Positions 1-9,124 of a DNA stretch of 41,928 nucleotides are shown in pieces (the stretch's first letter is position 1; each line of letters begins with the position of its first letter). A model generated the notes under the pieces. That model was given only the letters and a program-made list of their open reading frames with translations, had not been told where the DNA came from and searched no databases. The DNA comes from Deltaproteobacteria bacterium TL4. GTDB taxonomy: Bacteria > SAR324 > NAC60-12. Position numbers and translations under genes: made by a program. The DNA lies in contig JBBCAX010000037.1 in assembly GCA_051382335.1 (NCBI GenBank), positions 1 to 41,928 of the forward strand, in the 5' to 3' direction.

Positions 1-11
1 AAAATACGATT

Positions 12-101
12 TTTGGCGTTTGCGGGGCATGTAATCCTCGCCTACCATCCGGTTGATTTGGCGTTTGCGGGGCATGTAATCCCCGCCTACCATCCGGTTG
101 A
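12..101 (-). repeat. Tandem pair of 45-bp units, each containing a GTAG-type REP-like palindrome
   Basis: Units 12-56 and 57-101 differ at one base. On the minus strand each reads GTAG-GCG(G/A)GG-ATTACATG-CCCCGC, a GTAG tetranucleotide followed by a GC hairpin, which is the classic REP layout. Confidence 0.75.
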
Positions 102-209
102 CGATCAAAATAAGGAGAAATGAACAGCCCTGCCCACCCTACCTAATAAATTTAACAAAATAGTTTTTTAATTGAGTGTTGACTCTTAAAAACAGAGACT
201 GAATCGTTG

Positions 210-1775
210 TCAATTAATCATTTCCGGATACCCTGTGATCTTTCGGATTTCCTCATTGAGGGGCGCAAGGGTATGGGCTAATTTTTTATAAACACGATGA
301 AATAACTGATCATAAATTTTCGCATTTTCCGGTATAGGATAAAAGGTCTGGTCGTATTGTACCATAGAATCCACCGCTTTTTTGAAAGACGGGTAAAGAC
401 CCAAACCATAAGCGGTAATGATGGCCGTACCCAGTCCTGACGTTTCGTGGGTTTTTCCGCGAACTAAGGGAATATTGAAAATGTCTGCCACAATCTGACA
501 GATCTCTTTGCTTTGGGAAGCACCTCCTGAAACCGCAATGGTCTGAACTTTCTGGTGAGTTGCCTTCTCAATTTTAAGCAGGCCATCCCGGAGCCCATAT
601 CCCAAACCTTCGATAACAGCCCGATAAACATGCGCTTTTTTGTGGACATCTCCAAAGCCGATCATGGCGCCTTTGGCGGACGGTTGTTCGAAACCTGGAC
701 TCCAGAAGGGATGAACAATCAAGCCCATTGAGCCTGGAGGTGAGTCTTTTAGGAGTTCATTCAAAACGACCTCCGCGGGAACATTTTTCAGTTTCGCTTC
801 TTGAATTTCTTGATGAGCAAATTCGTTTTTAAACCAGGAAATCATCCAAAAACCACGAAAAATTTCAATTTCAGGGTTATATTTATGGGGGATTGAGGCA
901 GGATAGGGAGGCATAAAGCGTGTGGCCTCACAATATTTGAAAGTTGTGGTTTGTACTGTCGCCGTCGTGCCAAAACTCAGACTGGCCATACTTTCATCCA
1001 AAACACCCATCCCAACCGTTTCACACCCTTTATCGGAGCCACAGGCAATCACGGTCGTTCCTTTGGGAATTCCTGTTTGTTGACAGGCTTCCTGAGTCAC
1101 CTTCCCAATCTCACCGCCTGGAGGAATCAACAGGGGCAGCTTTTGTCGATCCACCGGAAAAAGTCGGTAACTCATATCAAAAGGAGAGGCCCAGGTTTGT
1201 CTCTTATAATTGAAAGGGACATGACCAATTTGTGAGGCAATCGAGTCAGAAAAAATACCGGTCAAGCGATGATTAAGGAAGCCGGAAACTTGGAGATATT
1301 TGTAGGTTTTTTCCCAGATTTCAGGCTGATTTTGCTGGATCCAGTTGCTCTTTGCGCCCATCTGAATTTTGGCAATGGTTTCCTCCATGCCAACCATTTT
1401 GTAAGCAACGCGCATCGGAAACAAAGGGTGATACACAGGATTTGCTTTTCGCTGATCCAGCCAGGTAATCACAGAGCGCAGCGGTTTTCCCTCCCGATCC
1501 ACGTTAACCATGCTGGCTCGTTGAGTGCTCACGCCAACCCCTGCAATATGGTCAAAGCTTGCAGGTTGTTTGGCTTTAAGCTCCTGACAGGCCTGGCAAA
1601 CACTTCTCCAGAAAAGTTCAGGGTCCTGCTCCGCCCATCCGGGCACGGGGCTGACATATGGATCATAAGGAATTTGTACTTTATCCAGCAAGTCCCCTTG
1701 AAGAGAGTAAAGAATAACCCTCAAACTTTGAGTCCCGCAATCAATGGCTAATAAAACCTTTTCTTTCGTTTTCAT
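210..1775 (-). CDS. FGGY-family carbohydrate kinase (glycerol kinase/xylulokinase superfamily)
   Basis: N-terminal LAIDCGTQS phosphate-1 motif, GWAEQDP, WLDQR, SFGTTA, RAVIEG and VSGGAS motifs; 521 aa; directly downstream of a GlpD-like gene. Confidence 0.93.
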   Translation of the reverse strand: MKTKEKVLLAIDCGTQSLRVILYSLQGDLLDKVQIPYDPYVSPVPGWAEQDPELFWRSVCQACQELKAKQPASFDHIAGVGVSTQRASMVNVDREGKPLRSVITWLDQRKANPVYHPLFPMRVAYKMVGMEETIAKIQMGAKSNWIQQNQPEIWEKTYKYLQVSGFLNHRLTGIFSDSIASQIGHVPFNYKRQTWASPFDMSYRLFPVDRQKLPLLIPPGGEIGKVTQEACQQTGIPKGTTVIACGSDKGCETVGMGVLDESMASLSFGTTATVQTTTFKYCEATRFMPPYPASIPHKYNPEIEIFRGFWMISWFKNEFAHQEIQEAKLKNVPAEVVLNELLKDSPPGSMGLIVHPFWSPGFEQPSAKGAMIGFGDVHKKAHVYRAVIEGLGYGLRDGLLKIEKATHQKVQTIAVSGGASQSKEICQIVADIFNIPLVRGKTHETSGLGTAIITAYGLGLYPSFKKAVDSMVQYDQTFYPIPENAKIYDQLFHRVYKKLAHTLAPLNEEIRKITGYPEMIN

Positions 1776-1799
1776 ATCATGTTCCTATTGATGAGAAAT

Positions 1800-3350
1800 C
1801 TAATGGGGCAGCGAATAAGCTTGTTTCCAATGTTCATGATAAGCCTTTATTTCATTCTTCCAACGTTGCTCATCCCAATCGAGAACAGGTTGACACAGCT
1901 TTTGAATCCGGGGCATCCATTCCATACCGCCTTCTTTGATCAGCAATCCCACCCGAACCCGTCTTAACAGCAAATCGCTTAAATGACGAATTCCTTCATT
2001 TTTTGCGGTATAGGGCAATTCAGCCCACAAAGAAAAAGTGCCAGGAATTTCCGCTAAATCTTCAGTCTGAGCCATTTCCAGCAACTCTTTTGTCCGGTTT
2101 CCATAACGTCCTTGTAAACGCCGGGATTGAGTTGGAGTTAAGCCTTTGAGTTGAGCTTGGTTTGGGAGAGGACTAAAAACAGGGCCTTCCTTTACTTGAT
2201 CAATGGGCAAAAAGGGAAGCGCCTTTTTTAAGGTTTCTACCGCAACTCTGCGAAAAGTGGTTAACTTTCCTCCGGTGATGGTCACCAAGCCTTGATCCAC
2301 CCATAAAACATGCTCCCGTGATTCTTCTGACGGATCTTTTTCTCCCTCGCTGAGAACAGGTCGGACGCCAGCGATACTTGCGATGCAGTCTTTCAAACTG
2401 ATGTTAACTTCAGGAAAAGCGGAATGCAGTCCTGCCATGAGATAATCGGCCTCCTCTTTCGTGATATAAGGTTCGTTTGAAAGATCATTATTATGATCCA
2501 CATCCGTTGTGCCCAAAAGAATCGCCCCTTCCCACGGAAGCGCAAAAATAGGACGATCATCTTTAGGATGAATGATACTGACCGCTTCCTGAAGAGGCAG
2601 AAGTTTTGCGGGGAAAATCAAATGACTGCCACGCAAAGGTCGAATATGAAGTTTATTTTTAGGAGACGTGTGTAACTGTTCGGCCCATGTGCCTGTCGCA
2701 TTGATGACCGCTTTTGTTTTGAGCGTCTTTTGTTGTTTTGTTTCTGTATCTTCCAGCAGAATTCCGGTCACATTTCCCTGAGGATCTCTCAAAATCTCCT
2801 TCGCTTGGGTGTAATTGAGAGCCGCCGCCTTGGAATTTTCCTGTTTTGCTTCTTGAAGCACACGAAGAACCAAACGGGCATCATCAACCTGCGCGTCATA
2901 AAATCGAAATCCCCCTTTCAAACGCTCCGGGTTGACTTGAGGCACGATATCTAAAAAAAGTTGTTTTTTAAAGTATTGATGCTGTTTTTTCCCTGACAAC
3001 AGACTATAAAGAGAAAGACCCGCTGTCATGGTCATTTTACCAGGACTTTTGTGCTCATAAATAGGCATCAGAAATCCTAACGGCTCAACCAGCCCGGGGG
3101 CTTCTTTCAAGAGCCGTTCTCTCTCGACCACTGAATCACGAGTTAAAACAATATTGCCCTGTTTTAAATAGCGTAAACCCCCATGTACTAATTTTGAAGA
3201 ACGGCTGGAAGTCCCCCAGGCAAAGTCTTTTTGCTCTACCAATAAGACCTTGATCTTCAATCGTGAAGCTTCACGAAAAATACCGGCCCCGGTAATTCCG
3301 CCACCAATAATCACTAAATCCCAAGATTCTTGAAGTTGTTTTAGATCCAT
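1800..3350 (-). CDS. glpD: FAD-dependent glycerol-3-phosphate dehydrogenase/oxidase-like protein (GlpD2 type)
   Basis: DLVIIGGGITGAG FAD motif, GTSSRSSKLVHGGLRYL, DDARL, GTTD, AGVRP and GGKLTT are GlpD family signatures. Confidence 0.9.
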   Translation of the reverse strand: MDLKQLQESWDLVIIGGGITGAGIFREASRLKIKVLLVEQKDFAWGTSSRSSKLVHGGLRYLKQGNIVLTRDSVVERERLLKEAPGLVEPLGFLMPIYEHKSPGKMTMTAGLSLYSLLSGKKQHQYFKKQLFLDIVPQVNPERLKGGFRFYDAQVDDARLVLRVLQEAKQENSKAAALNYTQAKEILRDPQGNVTGILLEDTETKQQKTLKTKAVINATGTWAEQLHTSPKNKLHIRPLRGSHLIFPAKLLPLQEAVSIIHPKDDRPIFALPWEGAILLGTTDVDHNNDLSNEPYITKEEADYLMAGLHSAFPEVNISLKDCIASIAGVRPVLSEGEKDPSEESREHVLWVDQGLVTITGGKLTTFRRVAVETLKKALPFLPIDQVKEGPVFSPLPNQAQLKGLTPTQSRRLQGRYGNRTKELLEMAQTEDLAEIPGTFSLWAELPYTAKNEGIRHLSDLLLRRVRVGLLIKEGGMEWMPRIQKLCQPVLDWDEQRWKNEIKAYHEHWKQAYSLPH

Positions 3351-3381
3351 AATAAGTACCTCAACTTATAGAGAGCGTTTG

Positions 3382-3509
3382 TCATTTCTTGGAAAACAGG
3401 GTTTTCCATTGTTCGGTTACGTTTTTCATGGTTGCATCGACAATTTGTTCAGCCGAACCGTTCCTGTGGGTCATGGCTTCAAGTAACTGTCGATAAAAAT
3501 TTAAGGACT
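3382..3509 (-). pseudogene. Possible 3' remnant of a GntR/FadR-type regulator (C-terminal helix region)
   Basis: The frame starting just after the oxidoreductase stop reads SLNFYRQLLEAMTHRNGSAEQIVDATMKNVTEQWKTLFSKK*. By eye this resembles the FY..L...........AE......M......W end of FadR_C domains. No N-terminal part is present. Confidence 0.33.
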
Positions 3510-4676
3510 TCAGTGTGGTTCTTCCAGTTCGCTGAGATCGACGGGTGGATGAACAACACAGCCTCCTATGACCTCTCCTGTCCATTTGGCTTTCATGGCA
3601 GCTTTAATTTCAGCTAGGGGAAATACATGTGAGATATAAGGTTTGATTTTTCCTTCCTCAATCCATTTCATGATTTGCTCAACTCGTTCCTTGCGGATAC
3701 GGGGGTCATGTTGTGTTGAAATAACCGTGGGGCAGCCCAACACTTTAAGACCTTTCATCATGATTAAGTTTGTCGGCAACATATTCGCGTTGGGAGCCCC
3801 TCTTTCACCTTTGCCTTTGGCGACAAAGGGAGTTGAGGCCCAACCGACGATGAGAAATCGTGCTCCAAAAGTCACACAACGCAGGCTTTCCAGGGAAATA
3901 TCTCCGCCTACTCCATCATAAACGACATCGACGCCTTTGCCTCCGGTTAACGCCTTAACTTCATCTCGAAAGCTACGAACGCCTGGGGTTCCGTCGGTGT
4001 TTTTGGAGTTAATCACATGATCCGCGCCTTGAGCCTTAACCACTTCCAATTTTTCATCTGAACGACCTGTTGCGATCACAGTGGCTCCCAGAATTTTTGC
4101 GATATGAACCGCTGCCAAGCCTGTAGATCCTGAGGCTCCATGAATTAAAATGGTTTCTCCCGCCTGAAGTTGTCCACAGGTCACCACGCAATGATAAGCC
4201 GTTTCATAATTGCCCAACAGATTACAGGCTTGATCAAAAGAAAAACCTTTGGGAAGCGGTCTGACGCCATTCATGGGCGCGACCGCAAAAGAGGAAAAAC
4301 CTCCATACTGCTGATATTCACCTGAGGTCCTGGGGCCGACCACAAAGCCATCCACAAAGACTTCATCTCCGACAGCAATTCGACTTGAATCAACGTCGGA
4401 CCCCGTCCACAGCACAACCCCGCTGTATTCCATACCGGGGCAATAGGGAAGTGTCGGCATGTGTTGATATTGCCCACTGGTCATCAACAAATCAACCCAT
4501 CCCACGGAAGCACTTTTGATGGCGATAATGACATCCTGTGGTTTTAAATTCGCGGGATCAGGGGGGGAGACCCTTTCAATGAGGAGGTTCTTTTCAATCG
4601 CCTCAACGGGATTTTCAGCAAATTCTGAGACGACTACACGGATACCTTGCTTTTCAGAAAAATCACTCAATGTCAT
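3510..4676 (-). CDS. NADPH:quinone oxidoreductase-family protein (zinc-independent MDR)
   Basis: PGMEYSG, GroES-like N-domain, LIHGASGSTGLAAV Rossmann motif, GADHVIN and GVDVVYDGVGG. Confidence 0.9.
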   Translation of the reverse strand: MTLSDFSEKQGIRVVVSEFAENPVEAIEKNLLIERVSPPDPANLKPQDVIIAIKSASVGWVDLLMTSGQYQHMPTLPYCPGMEYSGVVLWTGSDVDSSRIAVGDEVFVDGFVVGPRTSGEYQQYGGFSSFAVAPMNGVRPLPKGFSFDQACNLLGNYETAYHCVVTCGQLQAGETILIHGASGSTGLAAVHIAKILGATVIATGRSDEKLEVVKAQGADHVINSKNTDGTPGVRSFRDEVKALTGGKGVDVVYDGVGGDISLESLRCVTFGARFLIVGWASTPFVAKGKGERGAPNANMLPTNLIMMKGLKVLGCPTVISTQHDPRIRKERVEQIMKWIEEGKIKPYISHVFPLAEIKAAMKAKWTGEVIGGCVVHPPVDLSELEEPH

Positions 4677-4729
4677 GATTGCCCTTTACAAATAAAAATA
4701 TTAAAAGTAACTACCCAGCCAGTTTTGAG

Positions 4730-4794
4730 GCCACGAACTGCACAAACATACACGATTTTTTTTATTTTTCGTGTTTATTAGCGTTTTTAGCGGA
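4730..4794. repeat. Degenerate palindromic repeat (CACGAA-type units facing TTCGTG-type units)
   Basis: gcCACGAActgCACAAAcataCACGAt ... tTTCGTGtttaTTAGCGtttTTAGCGg: three ~10-bp units facing three reverse-complement-like units, in the divergent oxidoreductase/GDPD gap. Confidence 0.4.
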
Positions 4795-4831
4795 CTTCCC
4801 TTTCTCTTCACAATATCAGGAATAATGGCTT

Positions 4832-5629
4832 ATGTCTGTTTTATTAAACCCCTCCGACTATCCCAAACCTTGGGTGATCGCACACCGGGGATATAGTGGG
4901 AAATACCCGGAAAACACACTGATCGCCTTTGACGCCGCACTTAAGACAGGTGTTGAAATGATTGAGTTAGATGTCACCCTGAGCCTTGATCGCAAGTTGA
5001 TCGTTATTCACGATTCGACTATAGATCGAACCACAAACGGACAAGGACGGGTTCAAGAAAAGACATGGGCTCAATTAAAACAACTGGATGCCGGAAGTTG
5101 GTACCATCCGCGTTTTCGTCAGGAACGTCTCCCTACTTTAGCAGAAGTTTTTGCCTTGGTGAGAGAAGTCACTGCAATTAATGTAGAAATCAAATCGGAA
5201 GCCTATGAGTCCAATCCTGCTCAAGACGCTATTGAGTCTCAAGTGTGTACCTTAATCCAGGAATGGCATCTGGAAGATAGCATTCTTATTTCAAGTTTCC
5301 AACATGATTTTTTACGAAGAATCAAAAACCACTACCCCCATCTTCATACCGCGCTGCTGTATAGTCCTGAAGAGCATCCTCAGTCACCAGAAATTCTCTG
5401 CAAAGCCTGTCCTGCTTTAGCCTTTAATCCTGATATTAAATATCTTTCCCTTCAAGAAGTCCGCACCTTACATCAGCAAGGACTGCTCCTATTTCCCTAT
5501 ACCGTGAATGAGCCTTCGTTGATGCGGCAATGTATCGAGTGGGGTGTAGACGGAATGTTTACCAATGAGCCTGAATTGTTACAGGACATTCGAACCGAGT
5601 CTCAATCAACAACGCATTTGGGGCAGTAA
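4832..5629 (+). CDS. Glycerophosphodiester phosphodiesterase (GDPD/UgpQ-like, cytoplasmic)
   Basis: IAHRG, PENT, IELDV, IHD, RTTNG, NVEIK, YTVN and GVDGMFTN motifs; no signal peptide. Confidence 0.93.
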   Translation: MSVLLNPSDYPKPWVIAHRGYSGKYPENTLIAFDAALKTGVEMIELDVTLSLDRKLIVIHDSTIDRTTNGQGRVQEKTWAQLKQLDAGSWYHPRFRQERLPTLAEVFALVREVTAINVEIKSEAYESNPAQDAIESQVCTLIQEWHLEDSILISSFQHDFLRRIKNHYPHLHTALLYSPEEHPQSPEILCKACPALAFNPDIKYLSLQEVRTLHQQGLLLFPYTVNEPSLMRQCIEWGVDGMFTNEPELLQDIRTESQSTTHLGQ

Positions 5630-5659
5630 AATAAAAAATGATCACAATTCTTTATAAAA

Positions 5660-5675
5660 TGGCACATCTTCCGCA
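5660..5675 (+). promoter_or_regulatory. Candidate sigma-54 (-24/-12) promoter
   Basis: TGGCACATCTTCCGCA has the invariant GG-N10-GC spacing and TGGCAC of the TGGCACG-N4-TTGCW consensus; about 80 bp upstream of the 5758 start. Confidence 0.45.
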
Positions 5676-5757
5676 TGTAGAGGATACGATAAGAATGATG
5701 TGCAGGGAAGAAGCCTTTTCCCCATAATGATGAACACTTTGTTAGTCAAGGAAACGC

Positions 5758-6753
5758 ATGAGGCAGTTGTTGCGATATATCCATGGTGGGCTTCTTATTT
5801 GCGTACTGTTTACCTTTCCCGTTTTGGCCTCTCCCTCATTACCAGCAGGACATATGCTGGATAAAATCAACTTGACGCAGGGAACGACCGATACCTTCCT
5901 GAGTGTTCTTGGAACGCTTGCACCGGATCAGTTCTCAAAAATTGAAATCAAATCCAACAAAACAGACCCCATTACCAAGATTATTATTCCTAATTGTTTT
6001 ATCAACAATTTAAACTTGCCGAAGTATTTAAACTTTCCAACAGGCGAGATCTTACGTTCCATTACCGTTGATGAAAACATTCAGAAAAAGGAAAACGGGG
6101 AAATCTCGTTTGAGGTGACCTTACATCTTCAAGCCCCAGAACCCCTCATCGTCAAATTCGACGAAGTGAAATCAAATCAAAAAGAGATGATTTTTGTACT
6201 TCGCAAAGAAAAAAATCAATTAACGCCTCCTTCTATACCTACCACAGTTCCCCAGAAGTCTCCGGCTGTTGAAGTTGCTTCACTCTCAAAATCGCTGCCG
6301 GAGACTTTAAAACAGGGAACGACTCCACCCGAAGTGCCGATGGATTCTGAGCCCATAATGCCAATCCAAGGGGAAGAACTGGAAAATGTATTATTGCATC
6401 CGGTCTCAGCGATGTTGTTACTCCAGCGTCCGAAACAACTACAGCTTTCAATCTTGAATGCGTCTCATCAAATGGACGGCGCACAACGGCTTGCTATTTT
6501 GATTCAACGTCATCATAGACGAGCTCTTGAGGATCGTGTCGGAATGAAACTGGAAATTTCCAATATTTCTTCGGTACGCGAGAGAATTATTCTACCTAAA
6601 ACCAAAATTTATTTTCGACCTAATTATTTGGATGCCGCCTTAGCCTTGTCCACGTTAATTCCAGGAGAGCAAATCGTTGAGCAAATGCCTCTTGAACGCC
6701 GAGGAAAATTGGGAATTGATGTCGAGATTTATGTAGGAGAAAACTTTGAGTAA
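5758..6753 (+). CDS. Exported protein with C-terminal LytR_C-like domain
   Basis: Signal peptide (…FPVLA-S), Pro/Thr/Ser-rich linker, and a C-terminal ILNAS…GAQRLA…TKIYF…AALAL…DVEIYVGENF pattern typical of LytR C-terminal domains. Confidence 0.7.
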   Translation: MRQLLRYIHGGLLICVLFTFPVLASPSLPAGHMLDKINLTQGTTDTFLSVLGTLAPDQFSKIEIKSNKTDPITKIIIPNCFINNLNLPKYLNFPTGEILRSITVDENIQKKENGEISFEVTLHLQAPEPLIVKFDEVKSNQKEMIFVLRKEKNQLTPPSIPTTVPQKSPAVEVASLSKSLPETLKQGTTPPEVPMDSEPIMPIQGEELENVLLHPVSAMLLLQRPKQLQLSILNASHQMDGAQRLAILIQRHHRRALEDRVGMKLEISNISSVRERIILPKTKIYFRPNYLDAALALSTLIPGEQIVEQMPLERRGKLGIDVEIYVGENFE

Positions 6754-8227
6754 GATGATCCATATGATAAGAGTCTTGGGAGTTTTTGGAGTTTTGATGC
6801 TGTGGACTGGCTCGTTGTGGGCTTTCCCGCAATACACAACCCGTGAGAACGCCATACGCTTGGCAGAAGTCATTGATAAAGCTCATTTTAAATCACACAG
6901 AGTCGCCTCAGTCTTTGTCAAAAACAGAACGGCAGATGAGTATTACCTCCAAGTCATCCTCAACGATGGTTCGAATCATGACTGGATGATGGATAATATC
7001 TACGAATGGACGATTACGGATCAATTAGTCTTGATCGATAATCGGACTCTGGTTTTTCCCTCTGATGAAAGTACGGAGTTTCATGTTCTGGATAAAAATC
7101 AATTCTACAGTATGGTTTTGAATTCAGAGGCTTTTATCAAAATGTATCAAGCTCATGATTTGCTCGTCGGGAAAAGTATTAAATTGGAAATTCGAAGATT
7201 TCGCCTCATCCAACCGGATGAAGACGCTCGTTTCAAAACTGATCCTTTAGGAAACCGTTATCGATATGTCTTGGAGTTAAAAAACGGAACACGTGAGATC
7301 TTAACCTATCTGGATGCTTACCAGATGATGACTCAGGGGGCCTTCATCCTTAAGTCTGACAGTGAGGATGTTATTTTAAAAAGAGCGTTTCAAGTTAAAG
7401 GCCTGCGTGTTTTACCCAAACAACTGGAGGATGAACTGCGCAATATATGGCGTTTTGGTGTTGAAGTCTTATTTGATCAAAACATCCCCTTAACTGAGGA
7501 TCTTTTTCCATTCCAGATTATTGAAGAAAACCTGAGGGATCCCAAAACCGGAGAACGGCAAGATCTTTTTTATATTCACATTCTTTTCCCCAATACTGAA
7601 AAGATTCAGGAAATACCAACGATCCGAACGTTAGAGTATCTTCAATACGTTGGTTTGGTAACCGATATTCAACACCAAAAACGGGTTTTCCTCAGAGCAC
7701 AAATCAACCCCGAAGTCTTTGAACTGCCGCCTTATATTGAAGTTACAAATCACAACTCTGTGGTGATTCACTTTTTCATTATTACGGATCAAAGTGTAGC
7801 CAAGCGCAAAGATTTTGTGGATCCTGACCAATTGCAAGAGGTGTTGCAACCTTCAAAAGTGCCCATGTCCCGCGGAACTCCGTTTGATCTGCATTACTTA
7901 AAAGCCGTGGGCTTGATCCGTTCTGTTCAAGGGCATCATAACTTGCATACTAAAGTTACTACGTATTTGATTGCCTTGGAGGAATTGAAGCAATCTGCGC
8001 TCAAAGCGGCAAACGATGAGGAAGTCTCTCAAGCTTTTGCACAGCGTGATGTATTATATGAAATTCTACCGCAGTTGATTATCGAAAACGTACAAGGAAA
8101 ATTGAGAAAACGAGGTAAGGATTTCAGTGCAAGCGAATTGAATGCTCAACTCGAAGCCGCGGAAAAAATATCTGAGAATCGTGAATTTCTCAAAGAAATT
8201 GAGTCTTTAAAGAACCTCTTGAGGTAG
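6746..8227 (+). CDS. Exported hypothetical protein (493 aa; the start could be a slightly downstream ATG)
   Basis: Long ORF with a signal peptide (…GSLWA-F), beta-rich middle and helical C-terminus. It overlaps the upstream stop, suggesting an operon. Confidence 0.75.
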   Translation: MSKMIHMIRVLGVFGVLMLWTGSLWAFPQYTTRENAIRLAEVIDKAHFKSHRVASVFVKNRTADEYYLQVILNDGSNHDWMMDNIYEWTITDQLVLIDNRTLVFPSDESTEFHVLDKNQFYSMVLNSEAFIKMYQAHDLLVGKSIKLEIRRFRLIQPDEDARFKTDPLGNRYRYVLELKNGTREILTYLDAYQMMTQGAFILKSDSEDVILKRAFQVKGLRVLPKQLEDELRNIWRFGVEVLFDQNIPLTEDLFPFQIIEENLRDPKTGERQDLFYIHILFPNTEKIQEIPTIRTLEYLQYVGLVTDIQHQKRVFLRAQINPEVFELPPYIEVTNHNSVVIHFFIITDQSVAKRKDFVDPDQLQEVLQPSKVPMSRGTPFDLHYLKAVGLIRSVQGHHNLHTKVTTYLIALEELKQSALKAANDEEVSQAFAQRDVLYEILPQLIIENVQGKLRKRGKDFSASELNAQLEAAEKISENREFLKEIESLKNLLR

Positions 8228-8758
8228 ACTTCCTTCTTTCCTGGTTAAGGCACGATACTCTTTTTTGTAGTCAGCTCGAACATTCATAAAAAAATCATCA
8301 TATTGGTGGTTTTTAAGATCCGGGAAGGTCCAACGAAAAGTGTCGTAACCGCCTTTGGCTTTCATCAGCACTAAATCCGCCCAGATGTTATTTTGGATGT
8401 ATATTTTTTGAGGTCCTTCCTTGTGGGAAAATAAAATGACTTTATGAATATCAATATATCCCGGATCAAGATTGACCTGACGCTTTCCCTGCTGTGTCCA
8501 AAGGTTCTCTAAGTGTACCGTCCGTTTTTTCCAATCCACGATAGTGTCTAACGGTTCAATGGTTTCAAAACTAACAAACCGCCGGGACAGCTCCGTTCCC
8601 ATTTCGGCTTGATAATAATCCGTTTGATTAAAGGGAAACGCGGGAGACTGACGTTGTATTCCTCTCTGGTACTGCTCCTTCAAAACAGTCAACACTTCGG
8701 AATATAAAGATTCCCGTGAAAATAAAATTCCCAATATAACTTTTCCAAATGCTTTCAT
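8207..8758 (-). CDS. DUF4416 family protein
   Basis: F.QTDYYQAEMG.EL.RRF.SF, R.VNLDPGY and WTFPD motifs; GGAGG RBS upstream. Confidence 0.82.
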   Translation of the reverse strand: MKAFGKVILGILFSRESLYSEVLTVLKEQYQRGIQRQSPAFPFNQTDYYQAEMGTELSRRFVSFETIEPLDTIVDWKKRTVHLENLWTQQGKRQVNLDPGYIDIHKVILFSHKEGPQKIYIQNNIWADLVLMKAKGGYDTFRWTFPDLKNHQYDDFFMNVRADYKKEYRALTRKEGSLPQEVL

Positions 8759-9124
8759 AATCCTCCGTTGCGTGACTGTTCAAGAATACCCTCTTCCGTG
8801 AAAACTTCAAACGGTATCCCTGGGTTCCGTCCCTTACGTGTCAACCTAAGCTGTGTATGCTATTGATATTTAAGTATTCATTATGAATTTTACCTCTTGA
8901 TTATCACGGAGGGACGGATGAAAATAGCCACGCTCCTGAATTGCGTTTGTTGGCCCCCGGCCCATCAACGTGCTTCGCAACTGATCGTTATGACAGCTGC
9001 GGTTGATTACCCACCAATTTTTAGCTGTACTAATATTGACGAAAACTTTATAATGCCGACCTCTGAAACTGTCTCTCAATTATATATAGACGTTCATTTA
9101 AATAAATTCATTTGAGTCTAGACT

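Noticed and set aside
12..101. Possible CRISPR array
   Set aside because: Two adjacent copies with no unique spacer and no cas genes; the layout fits REP elements.
8901..9010. Fragments resembling SAM-I (TTATCA…CGGAGGGAC…GATGAAA) and c-di-GMP-I (GGGACG…ATGACAGC…GGTTG) riboswitches
   Set aside because: Essential segments are missing (AGAG, GGCCC and GCAACC for SAM-I; the GAAA-capped P2 and GCAAA for c-di-GMP-I) and no suitable gene follows closely.
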